A stretch of DNA of 61,710 bases, the filler included. It is 6 parts of 6 records of this genome, joined end to end, with 100 filler letters (N's around TTAATTAATTAA, not from the genome) between each part and the next. Parts side by side here need not be neighbours in the genome. Positions count along the whole stretch, not along the records: positions 22,620 to 33,472 come from SRR2962707_1011; positions 33,573 to 39,749 come from SRR2962707_1012; positions 39,850 to 55,991 come from SRR2962707_1016; 3 more parts are not named here. One strand, 5' to 3'. Positions 29,802 through 40,020 of this stretch are shown here, piece after piece. The stretch's first letter is position 1, and every line of letters begins with the position of its first letter. The position numbers were made by a program, and so were the translations under genes. The notes under the pieces are model-generated. The model did not search any database. It was not told the origin of the DNA and saw only the letters and a list, made by a program, of their open reading frames with translations.

Positions 29802-30962
29802 ATGTCCGACATTACAAATGACACCATTCTGGATGCCCTCAGGAATGTTACCGATCCGATCAGCGGCAAGGACCTTGTCAGCGCCGGAATTATCCAAGGA
29901 TTACAGTCACGTGACGGCAATGTCGCGTTTGCCATCGAAGTCCCCGCCGAAAAGGGCGCCGAGATGGAACCTTTGCGCAAACAGGCCGAAGATACCGTTT
30001 TCGCGCTGAACGGCGTGGTCTCGGCGACGGTCGTGCTCACCGCTGAGCGCCCTGCTGGGGCATCGCAGCCGCAGCAAGACCATGGCCATGCCCATAATCA
30101 TTCCCAGGGTGCTGGGCACACCAAACCCGGCCAGCCGGTGCCGCCGCAGGGTCAGGGTGAGCTGATGCCGGGCGTCAAATCGATCATCGCCGTTGCATCG
30201 GGCAAGGGCGGCGTCGGCAAATCGACGACGGCGGTCAACATTGCGCTGGGCCTTTCCGCGGGGGGACACAAGGTCGGGCTTCTGGATGCCGATATCTACG
30301 GACCGTCCATGCCGCGCATGATGGGGATTTCCGGACGCCCGAACTCGGCCGACGGCAAAACCCTCGATCCGATGGAGAATTACGGCATCAAGGTGATGTC
30401 GATCGGCTTCATGGTCGACGAGGAAACGCCGATGATCTGGCGCGGCCCGATGGTGCAGTCGGCGCTCGAACAGATGATGCGCGACGTAAACTGGGGCGAG
30501 CTGGACGTGCTGGTGGTCGACATGCCGCCGGGGACAGGCGATGCCCAGCTGACCATGGCGCAGCGGGTGCCGCTGACCGGGGCCGTCATCGTTTCGACAC
30601 CGCAGGACATCGCGCTTCTGGATGCCCGCAAGGGTCTCAACATGTTCAGAAAGGTCGACGTGCCGGTGTTCGGGATCGTCGAAAACATGAGCTATTTCCT
30701 GTGTCCCGATAACGGCAAGCGTTATGACATCTTCGGCCACGGCGGCGCCAAGCGGGAAGCCGAGCGCATGGGCGTGGACTTCCTGGGGGAAGTGCCGATC
30801 GAGATCGCCATCCGCGAGAATTCAGATGCCGGCACGCCGATCACCGTCTCCGACCCGGAAAGCCAGAGCGCGGCCAACTACCGCACCATCGCCGGGAAGG
30901 TCTGGGACAAGATCGAACAGGCGACCGGATCGAACCGCGCCCCCAAGATCGTCATACAGTAA
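29802..30962 (+). CDS. apbC: Mrp/ApbC Fe-S cluster carrier ATPase
   Basis: SGKGGVGKST, DADIYGPS, DMPPGTGD, ENMS. Confidence 0.93.
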   Translation: MSDITNDTILDALRNVTDPISGKDLVSAGIIQGLQSRDGNVAFAIEVPAEKGAEMEPLRKQAEDTVFALNGVVSATVVLTAERPAGASQPQQDHGHAHNHSQGAGHTKPGQPVPPQGQGELMPGVKSIIAVASGKGGVGKSTTAVNIALGLSAGGHKVGLLDADIYGPSMPRMMGISGRPNSADGKTLDPMENYGIKVMSIGFMVDEETPMIWRGPMVQSALEQMMRDVNWGELDVLVVDMPPGTGDAQLTMAQRVPLTGAVIVSTPQDIALLDARKGLNMFRKVDVPVFGIVENMSYFLCPDNGKRYDIFGHGGAKREAERMGVDFLGEVPIEIAIRENSDAGTPITVSDPESQSAANYRTIAGKVWDKIEQATGSNRAPKIVIQ

Positions 30963-30972
30963 GCCGGAACGC

Positions 30973-31545
30973 ATGCCCGCCCGCCCGCACATCGTCAGAC
31001 ATGCAGCCCGGGCGGTTCTGGTCGCCGCCGCACTCGCTATTGGACAGCTCAGCGCCGTTCACGGTGCGGTGGCGGAAACCGTCGTCGCCCTGCCCGGCGC
31101 CGAATGCCGCGAAGTCCGCGCGACTTTGGAACTGTACGTGCCGATCGCGCCGGGGTTCCGCCAGCTTGAAATGCCGTTCCCCGAGAACGAGGAAAAAATC
31201 CAGGGCACCCTGTGCCGTCTGGTGGCCGTCGGCACCGGCGTGCATGTCGAGAACGAACGTATCCGCACCCTCAAGGATATGCAGGGATATGTGAAAGGCG
31301 CCATGACCGAAGCCGGCTGGCGGGAAACCGAGCAGACGAAACGGTTCGCCGGCCGATCAAAACATGGGCGTCATGTGTTCGCGGTGACCCGCAACAATGC
31401 GATCTGCGTCTCCACGATACAGGTCGACATGGTCCCGGGCGTAGAGCCGCCGCGCGGTGCGCTTGAAGACGGCACCATCTATCTCGGCTCGTTGAAGCCA
31501 CACCAGCGCGAATGGTGGGTTGCGGTCGACTGTTTTCATTTCTGA
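30973..31545 (+). CDS. Hypothetical secreted protein with four Cys
   Basis: Signal-like hydrophobic N-terminus and host-like codon usage; start inferred. Confidence 0.6.
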   Translation: MPARPHIVRHAARAVLVAAALAIGQLSAVHGAVAETVVALPGAECREVRATLELYVPIAPGFRQLEMPFPENEEKIQGTLCRLVAVGTGVHVENERIRTLKDMQGYVKGAMTEAGWRETEQTKRFAGRSKHGRHVFAVTRNNAICVSTIQVDMVPGVEPPRGALEDGTIYLGSLKPHQREWWVAVDCFHF

Positions 31546-31560
31546 GACTGTGAAATGAAC

Positions 31561-31600
31561 CTCATCCTGAGCAAGCCCGGCGGGCTGTCTCGAAGGATGA
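31561..31600. repeat. Alphaproteobacterial REP-like palindrome
   Basis: TCATCCTGAG...GTCTCGAAGGATGA between convergent genes. Confidence 0.5.
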
Positions 31601-31649
31601 AGCCATATCAGCCGCTAGAGAGACTTCTTCGCCAGATTGACGAGCGCTT

Positions 31650-33377
31650 TCAACCTTCACCACGTGCGGCCGGAAGCGTGAAATGAAATTTCGAGCCTTT
31701 GCCGGGCTCGCTCTCGAACCAGAGTTTGCCGCCGTTGAGTTCGACCATTTCCTTACAGAGATTGAGCCCGAGACCCGTTCCCTCTTCCCCCTTGGTGCCT
31801 ACTGTCGACGTCAATTGATCAAGATCGAAAATCCGGTCGACCCGGTTCTTCGCGATCCCGACCCCCGTATCGCTGACGGTCACCTGTGTTAAACCGGCAT
31901 TCTTGCTGGCCGAGATTTTTATCTCGCTGTCGGCATGCGAGAACTTGATCGCATTCGTTATCAAATTCCGAAGCACGGTATCGACCATGTTTGGGTCGGC
32001 ATATGCCGTCTCGTCCGCCACATCGTTGACGATCCGAATATTTTTCTCGTCCGCGACGTGTGAAAGAATGTCGATGCTTTCCTGGGTGACGCTATCGAGA
32101 GCAAGTTCCACCGGGGCAAAATTAGCACCGTCGATTTGCAGCCGGGACCAATCAAGAAGATTCCGCAGCAGGTTGAAGACGCCGTGCCCGCGCTCGTTGA
32201 CCTTTCCCGCGAGTTCAACGAGTTGTTCCTTGTCGTAAAGATGGGCCTGTTTCGACATCAACTCCGTTCCGGCAAGCAAGGCGCTGAACGGAGAAATGAG
32301 GTCGTGGGAAATGATTGAAAAGAACCTGTCCTTGACTTCCGACTCGTACTTCAATTGCCTGTTCAATGTTGCTTCGTGTTCAGCAAGCTCGGCCATCTCG
32401 ACGGCTTTCTGCTCCAGGCGTGCATAGAACAGATTGACGGCATAAAGCACGGTCACGAGCGTAAGCACGATCGCGGCAAGGCCCACGAAAAAATTCGTAA
32501 TCAGACTTTGGCGAATACCGACCAGAGCTTGCGCCTCTTCTTGTTCAATGATCACCCACCAGTTCAGTTCCGGGATATGACGGGCGCTGACCAGCATGGT
32601 CTCCCCATTCCGGTCGTACTCGAAGAAGCTCTGCTCCGACGTTAACATTTCGTCCGCGATGCTCGATGCCCCCGCGGCTTCATGTAAATTGTCCTCGCTG
32701 ATCGACGCATCGTCCGAGCGCACCATGATCTTCCCGGCTTCGTTGACGAAATAGACGTGGCGGGAAAAGTTTTCCTTGTAGCGCTCGACGACCTTGGCAA
32801 GTGCATCGAACGCAAGGCCCACGCCGGTTGTTGCGATGTAACGGCCATCATAATCGTAAACTTTTTGGTTGATGAAGATCGTCAGCGCGTCCTGCTGCTC
32901 CTCGTTCTGATCGACATTGATCTCGTGCTCCTCGTCCATCGTGCGGACACGGAAATACCAGGCATCTTTCGGATCTTCTTCTGACACGATCTGCGAAATA
33001 CCCGAAAAGTGGTAGTACCGGCGCGTCTGTTCAGAGACCAAAAAACTGGTGAACAAGCTATACTGCTTCCGGATTTCTTCGAGATAGCGGATCATTTTTT
33101 CGGATCCGGTCTCCCCCTCCAAAAGCCAGTCCCTGACGAATGTATCGTCGGCCATCATTTTTGCGACGAACACTGGCCGAAGCAGATCGCGCTGGATTTC
33201 CGAGTAAATGTTATCACTCGTCAACGGCAGTTCATGGCCGATCAACGCTTCGCGCAGACTCTCCTTGGAGACCTTGTAACTGATCAGGCTGCTGACACCG
33301 AACCCGACAATCAATATGACGCCGATAACGACGACCAGATTGGTGCGAACAGATAACCCAAACTCAGATTTTACCAT
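31650..33377 (-). CDS. Cache-domain sensor histidine kinase
   Basis: Two TM segments, periplasmic Cache-like domain, SHDL H-box, NAIKF, DTGVG, GTGLGL. Confidence 0.9.
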   Translation of the reverse strand: MVKSEFGLSVRTNLVVVIGVILIVGFGVSSLISYKVSKESLREALIGHELPLTSDNIYSEIQRDLLRPVFVAKMMADDTFVRDWLLEGETGSEKMIRYLEEIRKQYSLFTSFLVSEQTRRYYHFSGISQIVSEEDPKDAWYFRVRTMDEEHEINVDQNEEQQDALTIFINQKVYDYDGRYIATTGVGLAFDALAKVVERYKENFSRHVYFVNEAGKIMVRSDDASISEDNLHEAAGASSIADEMLTSEQSFFEYDRNGETMLVSARHIPELNWWVIIEQEEAQALVGIRQSLITNFFVGLAAIVLTLVTVLYAVNLFYARLEQKAVEMAELAEHEATLNRQLKYESEVKDRFFSIISHDLISPFSALLAGTELMSKQAHLYDKEQLVELAGKVNERGHGVFNLLRNLLDWSRLQIDGANFAPVELALDSVTQESIDILSHVADEKNIRIVNDVADETAYADPNMVDTVLRNLITNAIKFSHADSEIKISASKNAGLTQVTVSDTGVGIAKNRVDRIFDLDQLTSTVGTKGEEGTGLGLNLCKEMVELNGGKLWFESEPGKGSKFHFTLPAARGEG

Positions 33378-33472
33378 ATCAGGTCGATTTCATCCTTAGG
33401 GCAGAGGGTATACGCGCCTTTATGCAACTCAGGCTTCGCTTTTTACAAGACTCGGTATGCCGCAAGGGGTCG

Positions 33473-33572
33473 NNNNNNNNNNNNNNNNNNNNNNNNNNNN
33501 NNNNNNNNNNNNNNNNTTAATTAATTAANNNNNNNNNNNNNNNNNNNNNNNNNNNNNNNNNNNNNNNNNNNN
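33473..33572. other. Artificial contig spacer
   Basis: N44-TTAATTAATTAA-N44. Confidence 0.99.
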
Positions 33573-33606
33573 AAGGGCTGACCAGATATCTGGTCAGCCC
33601 TTTTTT
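33573..33606 (+). terminator. Intrinsic terminator
   Basis: AAGGGCTGACCAGA-TA-TCTGGTCAGCCCTT perfect stem followed by a T run. Confidence 0.8.
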
Positions 33607-33647
33607 GTTTATCAATGCAGGGTGCGGGTTTGTTCAGAGGGACTCGG

Positions 33648-34862
33648 TCAGCTCTTTTCGCCCCTGACCGCGTCGAGTTGTACGTTCACTTGCACGGTAA
33701 ATCCCAGTTGCGCATCGTCGCTCATGTTGTCACCGATACCAAAGGTACGACGGTCCATTGTTGTGCTGCCCTCCATGTGCGCGGTGTTACCATCAATACT
33801 GAGCGTAAAGGGCAGGGTGACCGGGATGCTTGTCCCGCGTAGCGTCAGGTTGCCTTGCGCCTCATAAAAGTCTGCGACCTTGACTATATCTGCGGCAAAG
33901 GTGGCCGTCGGGAATTGATCGGCAGCCAGAAAATCCGCACCAATCGCCTGGCTCGTCACGGACCCCAGTGCAAGAGAGCCGATTGCGACTGTGACAGTCA
34001 CCGCGCCCGCCGTCCCGTCGGAGCCGCTGTCGTCAAAGGAGATGTCGGCGGTCCAGTTGGCAAAACTGCCTGTCACCTCTGATCCAAGTTGCATCACAGC
34101 GATGGACAGGGTTCCGTCCTGTACCAACCAGTCGCTTTCCACCTCTTGCAGTGCGGCGATAGGGGGCGCGTCGCCGGCGTGATCGAACACGCCAAGACCC
34201 GTGCCGATGCCGAGGGCAACACACCAGATCCCCACAGCGCTGGCGATCGGGATCAGCCGGACGTGACGGTCGCCTGCACGGCCTGCACGGCCTGCTTCGG
34301 TCCGCCCGGGCAGCATACGGCGCAGCGTTGCGTCCCGGTCCAGAAGGTGGTGTTTGAAAGCGCCCACGATATGCAGAATGACCGAAATCAGCAGAACCCG
34401 TTCAAACACAATGTGTAGTGCGGCTGTCGTTTCGGCCAGACCATCGGATTTGGGCACAAAGGGCAGGGACTGGCCGAAGGGCCACCAGATTGGTGCAAAT
34501 CCGGATGTTGCCGCGTGATGCAGCCAGCCGGTCAGCGGTACGAGAAGCAATGACCCATATAGCAGCCAGTGCACCGTTTCCGCCAACCAGCTTTCCAGGC
34601 GGCGTTCGGGGTGCAGGGGGGCGGGCTTGGGTTGACCCAAAGCCCAGAAAATACGGACCAGAGCGACGAAAAAGATCGTAACGCCAAGGGTCTTGTGCAT
34701 CGAGAAGAACCAGGCCTTTTGAGCCAGTTCTTCGGTGTTGGCAAAAGGGGCATCATTGGCGATGATCCCGAGCGGTATGGCGCACAGTATACCAATCGCG
34801 GTCAGCCAGTGCAGCGTTTTGGTCACGCTGCCATATCGGGTTGCGGTGTTGGTCAGGGGCAT
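33648..34862 (-). CDS. Cytochrome b561-YceI fusion protein
   Basis: LHWLTA, MHKTLG and LHIVGAFKHH heme ligands, then a YceI domain (FPTATF, GNLTLRG, DRRTFG). Confidence 0.9.
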   Translation of the reverse strand: MPLTNTATRYGSVTKTLHWLTAIGILCAIPLGIIANDAPFANTEELAQKAWFFSMHKTLGVTIFFVALVRIFWALGQPKPAPLHPERRLESWLAETVHWLLYGSLLLVPLTGWLHHAATSGFAPIWWPFGQSLPFVPKSDGLAETTAALHIVFERVLLISVILHIVGAFKHHLLDRDATLRRMLPGRTEAGRAGRAGDRHVRLIPIASAVGIWCVALGIGTGLGVFDHAGDAPPIAALQEVESDWLVQDGTLSIAVMQLGSEVTGSFANWTADISFDDSGSDGTAGAVTVTVAIGSLALGSVTSQAIGADFLAADQFPTATFAADIVKVADFYEAQGNLTLRGTSIPVTLPFTLSIDGNTAHMEGSTTMDRRTFGIGDNMSDDAQLGFTVQVNVQLDAVRGEKS

Positions 34863-35047
34863 GGGGTCTCTCCGGATCTGGGCTGCGACGGGTATACTGC
34901 ACTTTGGTGTAAAGCATGCGCTGAAACCGGCAATCCGTGCCGCCGCACAGCGCCCCTGCGCCAGGGTGGATGTGCATGGCACATTGCACGCCGCGCCAAG
35001 GCCGGGTAACCAAAGCGGCACTGAAACTGAGGCAGGAGAGGTCCCAG

Positions 35048-35980
35048 ATGACCCGCGCATTCGTATTTCCCGGGCAGGGTGCCCAGACCATCGGCATGGG
35101 TCGCGATTTGGCCGAGGCCTACCCGGCCGCCCGCGCCGTCTTTGAAGAGGTTGACGAGGCACTTGGCGAAAAGCTGAGCACGTTGATATGGGAAGGCGAG
35201 CCCGATGTGTTGCAACTGACGCAGAACGCCCAGCCCGCTCTGATGGCGACGTCACTGGCTGTCATGCGCGCCCTGCAATCCGAAGGGATCGAGGTCACCT
35301 CTGCCGCCTTTGTGGCCGGGCACAGCCTGGGAGAGTATTCTGCCCTGACAGCCGCAGGCGCGTTGAGCATTTCGGACGCCGCGAGGCTGCTGCGTGCCCG
35401 TGGCCGTGCCATGCAGGACGCCGTGCCGGTTGGTGTGGGCGCAATGGCGGCACTTCTCGGCCTCGATTTTGCGACCGTGGCGCAGATTGCAGACGAGGCG
35501 GCAGAAGATGAAATCTGTGCCGCTGCCAACGATAACGATCCTGCTCAGGTGGTTGTTTCCGGCCATCGCGCCGCTGTCGAGCGTGCGGTGGCGTTGGCCA
35601 AAGCAAGGGGCGCGAAACGTGCCGTGATCCTGCCCGTCAGCGCGCCGTTCCATTGCCTGCTGATGGAACCCGCCGCGCGAGTCATGGCCGAGGCGCTGGA
35701 AGCCGTGACCATCAATCCCCCCCTGGTGCCGCTTGTTGCCAACGTGACGGCCAGCGCTGTGTCCGAACCGGATGCGATCCGATCGCTGCTGGTGACGCAG
35801 GTGACCGGCGCCGTCCGTTGGCGTGAATCTGTATCCTGGATGGCGAGCGAGGGGATCACCGACATGTGGGAAATTGGCGCGGGCAAGGCGCTTTCCGGTA
35901 TGGTGCGACGTATTGCCAAGGAAATCTCGACCCGGTCGGTGTCTTCTGCGGCAGATGTCCGCGCCGCGGTTGAGGCATAA
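35048..35980 (+). CDS. fabD: Malonyl-CoA:ACP transacylase
   Basis: FPGQG, GHSLGEY, SAPFH. Confidence 0.95.
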   Translation: MTRAFVFPGQGAQTIGMGRDLAEAYPAARAVFEEVDEALGEKLSTLIWEGEPDVLQLTQNAQPALMATSLAVMRALQSEGIEVTSAAFVAGHSLGEYSALTAAGALSISDAARLLRARGRAMQDAVPVGVGAMAALLGLDFATVAQIADEAAEDEICAAANDNDPAQVVVSGHRAAVERAVALAKARGAKRAVILPVSAPFHCLLMEPAARVMAEALEAVTINPPLVPLVANVTASAVSEPDAIRSLLVTQVTGAVRWRESVSWMASEGITDMWEIGAGKALSGMVRRIAKEISTRSVSSAADVRAAVEA

Positions 35981-36083
35981 ATTCGAACGGCCCAGGTACC
36001 ACGCAAAACTTTAACAGGTTTTGCCAAGAGTTTTCTGAAAACTCTTAAACACCGTGTGGCAAAGCTTTAGGAAAGGAATTCAA

Positions 36084-36821
36084 ATGTTTGATATGACAGG
36101 CAAGTCTGCGCTGGTCACCGGCGCGTCCGGCGGTATCGGCGGCGAAATCGCACGTACGCTGCACGCAGCGGGTGCCACCGTAGGTCTGAGCGGCACACGC
36201 ACCGCGCCGCTTGAGGCACTGGCCGCCGAGCTTGACGAGCGGGTGTTCGTGCTGCCCTGCAACCTGAGCGATGCGGTCGCTGTCGACGCATTGCCGAAAG
36301 AGGCGCTTGCGGCTATGGGCGCGGTCGACATCCTGGTGAACAATGCCGGCATCACCCGTGACAACCTGTTCATGCGCATGTCCGACGACGAATGGCAGTC
36401 GGTGATCGACGTGAACCTTACCGCGACCTTCAAGCTATGCAAAGGCGTGTTGCGCGGTATGATGAAGGCACGCTGGGGCCGGATCGTAAATATCTCGTCC
36501 GTTGTGGGGGCCACCGGTAATCCGGGCCAGGGCAACTATGCGGCGTCAAAAGCCGGCATGATTGGCATGTCGAAATCGCTTGCCTATGAGGTGGCGAGCC
36601 GCGGCATCACGGTTAATGCCGTCGCACCGGGCTTTATCACCACGGCCATGACCGAAAAGCTGACCGATGACCAGAAAAGCGGCATCCTGACCCAAGTCCC
36701 GATGGGCCGTATGGGCACGCCAGAAGAGATTGCAGCAGCCGTGCTTTATCTTTCCAGCCACGAAGCCGCATATGTCACAGGCACCACCTTGCATGTGAAC
36801 GGTGGGATGGCCATGCTTTGA
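36084..36821 (+). CDS. fabG: 3-oxoacyl-ACP reductase
   Basis: [21 protein letters not shown]. Confidence 0.95.
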   Translation: MFDMTGKSALVTGASGGIGGEIARTLHAAGATVGLSGTRTAPLEALAAELDERVFVLPCNLSDAVAVDALPKEALAAMGAVDILVNNAGITRDNLFMRMSDDEWQSVIDVNLTATFKLCKGVLRGMMKARWGRIVNISSVVGATGNPGQGNYAASKAGMIGMSKSLAYEVASRGITVNAVAPGFITTAMTEKLTDDQKSGILTQVPMGRMGTPEEIAAAVLYLSSHEAAYVTGTTLHVNGGMAML

Positions 36822-37044
36822 ACCAGCGCGCCCGTGCACGGCTGCAACGATATGGGAAAGCGTTTGCCAACCCCATTGCATGTGCTATAGGCGCGTCAGT
36901 TCCGGTTCGGGTCGCAAAGCGGCGCGGCTCCGGTCCCGCCTAGCGGGCACACGAACCGCCCGAAAGGGCATTAAGAAGCCACCCCGCTGGGGGCGAGGGC
37001 AAATCCGGGTCCGAAGGACCCGACAGATGAATGAGGATGACAGA

Positions 37045-37278
37045 ATGAGCGACGTCGCAGCACGCGTGAAAAAGATTGTGGTTGAGCATTTGAGTGTGGA
37101 AGAGGCCAAGGTCACGGACAACGCCTCGTTCATCGATGATCTGGGCGCAGACAGCCTTGACACAGTCGAGCTGGTGATGGCCTTCGAAGAAGAGTTCGGC
37201 ATCGAGATCCCGGATGACGCGGCAGAGAACATCCAAACTTTCGGCGACGCGGTGAAGTTCATCAGCGAAGCGTCCTGA
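37045..37278 (+). CDS. acpP: Acyl carrier protein
   Basis: [20 protein letters not shown]. Confidence 0.97.
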   Translation: MSDVAARVKKIVVEHLSVEEAKVTDNASFIDDLGADSLDTVELVMAFEEEFGIEIPDDAAENIQTFGDAVKFISEAS

Positions 37279-37306
37279 TCCGACCACGGACAGAATAGAT
37301 TGCAAG

Positions 37307-37341
37307 AGCGGCGCGCCCAGATGGGACGCGCCGCTTTTTTT
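37307..37341 (+). terminator. acpP intrinsic terminator
   Basis: AGCGGCGCG-CCC...GGG-A-CGCGCCGCT followed by a T run. Confidence 0.8.
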
Positions 37342-37405
37342 CGGGACCTGAAGGTTTGTGAAACGGCGTCGCGGGCCCCGAACCGGGTGCCCGCGACGCG
37401 CGACG

Positions 37406-38407
37406 TCACCCGTCGAAGTCGATTTCTTCCATCAGCCGCAGGGCGTCTCCGCGCAATGCAGCCAGTTCGACCAGATTTACCGAGTCCGGGGTGAATTCGC
37501 CCCAGGACGCCACCAATTCCGAGCGAGGTACATCTGGTTTCACCGGGAATTCGTGGTTCGTTTCGGCATAGATCGCCTGCGCCTCGGGAGAGGCGAGGAA
37601 TTCCATGAACAGCAAGCCATCTTCGCGGTGCGGCGCAGCCGCCGTCATCGCGACGCCAGAGACGTTCATATGCGTGCCCCCGTCGCTGAAGGTCGGAAAG
37701 ATGATGCGCACGGAATTTGCCCATTCCATCTGTTCCGGATCCCCTAGCATCTGCCCCATGTAATAGGTGTTCCCAAGCGAAATATCGCATTCCCCGGACC
37801 AGATTGCCTTGACCTGTGCGCGATCGTTGCCCTGCGGTTTGCGTGCGAGATTGGCCTTGACCCCTTCGGCCCACTGTTTGGCCGCGTCATAGCCGTGGTG
37901 GTTGATCATCGCGGACAACAGGGCGAGGTTGTAGGGATGGGTGCCCGAACGGGTGCAGATACGACCCTTCCATTTGGGATCGACAAGATCTTCGTAGGTT
38001 GTGACCTCGCCGTCGGCAACGGCGTCCTTGCTGGCATAGACGATACGGGCCCTGCTCGTGACGCCGAACCACTGATTGCCGGTATCACGGAACTGTTCGG
38101 GGATATTGTCGTGCAGTATGGCGCTTTCGACAGGTTGAGTGACGCCGGCATCCACAGCCTGAGCCAGGCGTGCGATGTCCACGGTCATGATGATGTCAGC
38201 AGGACTGCGCGACCCTTCGGCGCTCAGCCGTTCAGTAAGCCCTTGATCAAGGTAGACGACATTCGTCTCGATACCTGTTTCGGCGGTAAAGGCGTCAGTG
38301 ATCGGAGCGATCAGGTCGGGCTGGCGCTGGGAATAGATGTTCACTTCGGCCAGGGCCGGGGTGGCGGCAATCAGGGCCAGAGCAGCGGTCGTGATGCGAA
38401 AAGACAT
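37406..38407 (-). CDS. Fe(III) ABC transporter substrate-binding protein (FutA/FbpA-like)
   Basis: Signal peptide, SPADI..TVD, RSGTHPYN, GNTYY, NHEFP. Confidence 0.9.
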   Translation of the reverse strand: MSFRITTAALALIAATPALAEVNIYSQRQPDLIAPITDAFTAETGIETNVVYLDQGLTERLSAEGSRSPADIIMTVDIARLAQAVDAGVTQPVESAILHDNIPEQFRDTGNQWFGVTSRARIVYASKDAVADGEVTTYEDLVDPKWKGRICTRSGTHPYNLALLSAMINHHGYDAAKQWAEGVKANLARKPQGNDRAQVKAIWSGECDISLGNTYYMGQMLGDPEQMEWANSVRIIFPTFSDGGTHMNVSGVAMTAAAPHREDGLLFMEFLASPEAQAIYAETNHEFPVKPDVPRSELVASWGEFTPDSVNLVELAALRGDALRLMEEIDFDG

Positions 38408-38447
38408 TTGGATCTCCATCGGAGGTTTCGTGTGGCACACCTTAAAG

Positions 38448-38489
38448 CTGACGGTTTTACTCAGGTCAATACTTGAATAAAATGCTCGG
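38448..38489. promoter_or_regulatory. Candidate tandem iron-Rhodo (IscR-type) boxes
   Basis: CTGACGGTTTTACTCAG (38448-38464) and TTGAATAAAATGCTCGG (38473-38489) upstream of the Fe-binding gene. Confidence 0.5.
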
Positions 38490-38565
38490 ATATTAATCTT
38501 AAGTGGACCGCAAAGGCATTTTGAAAAGCCTTTGCAAAACTTTTTCCCAGGTTTTGGGCTGACGT

Positions 38566-39366
38566 TTAGCGCTCGGCGGCTTTGGCGGCATCCCAAAGCG
38601 CATCCATCTCGGTCAGGTTGCTGTCCTGCGGGCTGCGATCCTGTTGCGCAAGCGCGCGTTCGATTGATCGAAAGCGGCGGGTGAATTTGGTGTTGGCGGC
38701 GCGCAGCGCTTCTTCTGGGTCGATGTCCATGTGGCGGGCAAGATTGGCCATCACGAACAGCAGATCGCCGAATTCCTCTTTGGCATGTTCGGCATCCCGC
38801 GCCTCACGCAATTCCTGTGCTTCTTCTACGATCTTGTCGATCACTTGGTCGGTGCTGGGCCAGTCAAACCCCACGCGTGCTGCCCGTTTTTGCAGCTTGA
38901 CCGCCCGCATAAGCGCCGGCAGGCCCAGGGCAACACCATCCAGAACACCGGTTTCGGCCTTGTCGGCGCGTTCGGCCGCCTTGATTTTTTCCCAGTCGCG
39001 GGTCTGTTGTTCGGCCGACTTGTTGCGGCTTTCCGTGCCAAAGACATGCGGATGGCGCGCGACCATCTTGTCCGCGATACCGTTGGCCACATCGTCGAAT
39101 GTGAACATCCCGGCCTCGGTGGCCATCTGGGTATGATAGACGGATTGCAACAGCAAATCGCCCAGCTCACCCCTTAGTTCTTCCCAGGCTTTGCGTTCGA
39201 TTGCGTCGGCAACCTCATAGGCTTCTTCGATTGTGTAGGGCGCGATCGACGCAAAATCCTGTTCGATATCCCAGGGGCAGCCCGTATCGGGGTCACGCAG
39301 TCGGGCCATGATTTCCAGCAGGCGCGGCATGCCACCCTTGGGGTCAGAGATTAGGTCGTCAGACAT
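38566..39366 (-). CDS. mazG: Nucleoside triphosphate pyrophosphohydrolase
   Basis: GCPWD, EEAYEV, ELGDLL, RHPHVF, EEFGDLLF. Confidence 0.95.
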   Translation of the reverse strand: MSDDLISDPKGGMPRLLEIMARLRDPDTGCPWDIEQDFASIAPYTIEEAYEVADAIERKAWEELRGELGDLLLQSVYHTQMATEAGMFTFDDVANGIADKMVARHPHVFGTESRNKSAEQQTRDWEKIKAAERADKAETGVLDGVALGLPALMRAVKLQKRAARVGFDWPSTDQVIDKIVEEAQELREARDAEHAKEEFGDLLFVMANLARHMDIDPEEALRAANTKFTRRFRSIERALAQQDRSPQDSNLTEMDALWDAAKAAER

Positions 39367-39428
39367 TGCGGGGCCTTTCGATTTCAGTCACGAATAGGGA
39401 TGAGCCATGAGAACAGGAGTGTCCAGCC

Positions 39429-39749
39429 TTGCCCGTTGTGAACCGTATTGCCGAATTCGCCGAGGACATGAAAACCTGGCGCCGTCACCTGCACCGCAAT
39501 CCAGAGTTGGGTCTGGAGTGTCATGAGACGGCAGCTTTTGTTGTGGCACGGTTGCGTGATTTCGGTGTGGACGAGGTGCACGAAGGTCTGGCGACATCTG
39601 GCGTCGTTGGCATCATCCACGGGCAGGGGGCGGGGCCGGTGACCGGGTTGCGGGCGGATATGGACGCGCTTCCGATGGACGAGGAAACAGGAACGCCTTG
39701 GGCGTCAGAGGTTCCAGGGCGGATGCACGCCTGTGGCCATGACGGGCAC
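39429..39749 (+). CDS. M20D amidohydrolase, 3'-truncated
   Basis: RRHLHRNPE, LRADMDALP, MHACGHDGH. Confidence 0.9.
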
Positions 39750-39849
39750 NNNNNNNNNNNNNNNNNNNNNNNNNNNNNNNNNNNNNNNNNNNNTTAATTA
39801 ATTAANNNNNNNNNNNNNNNNNNNNNNNNNNNNNNNNNNNNNNNNNNNN
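39750..39849. other. Artificial contig spacer
   Basis: N44-TTAATTAATTAA-N44. Confidence 0.99.
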
Positions 39850-39876
39850 AGGCAGGCAGGCAGGCAGGCAGGCAGG
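39850..39876. repeat. (AGGC)n microsatellite at contig start
   Basis: Direct reading. Confidence 0.9.
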
Positions 39877-40020
39877 AAGTTGTGAACTCGATCAACCATG
39901 TTCCTCTGCCTCTATCGCTGAGATTCGGCCCTCACTCACTCACTCATTCATTCATTCGTTCATTGCACTTTCCTTTCGTTCAGAAGGAGCAACAACAAAA
40001 AAAGAAAAAACAATAGCGCT

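Noticed and set aside
38566-39366. mazG as an anti-phage system
   Set aside because: Housekeeping tandem-domain MazG in an ordinary context
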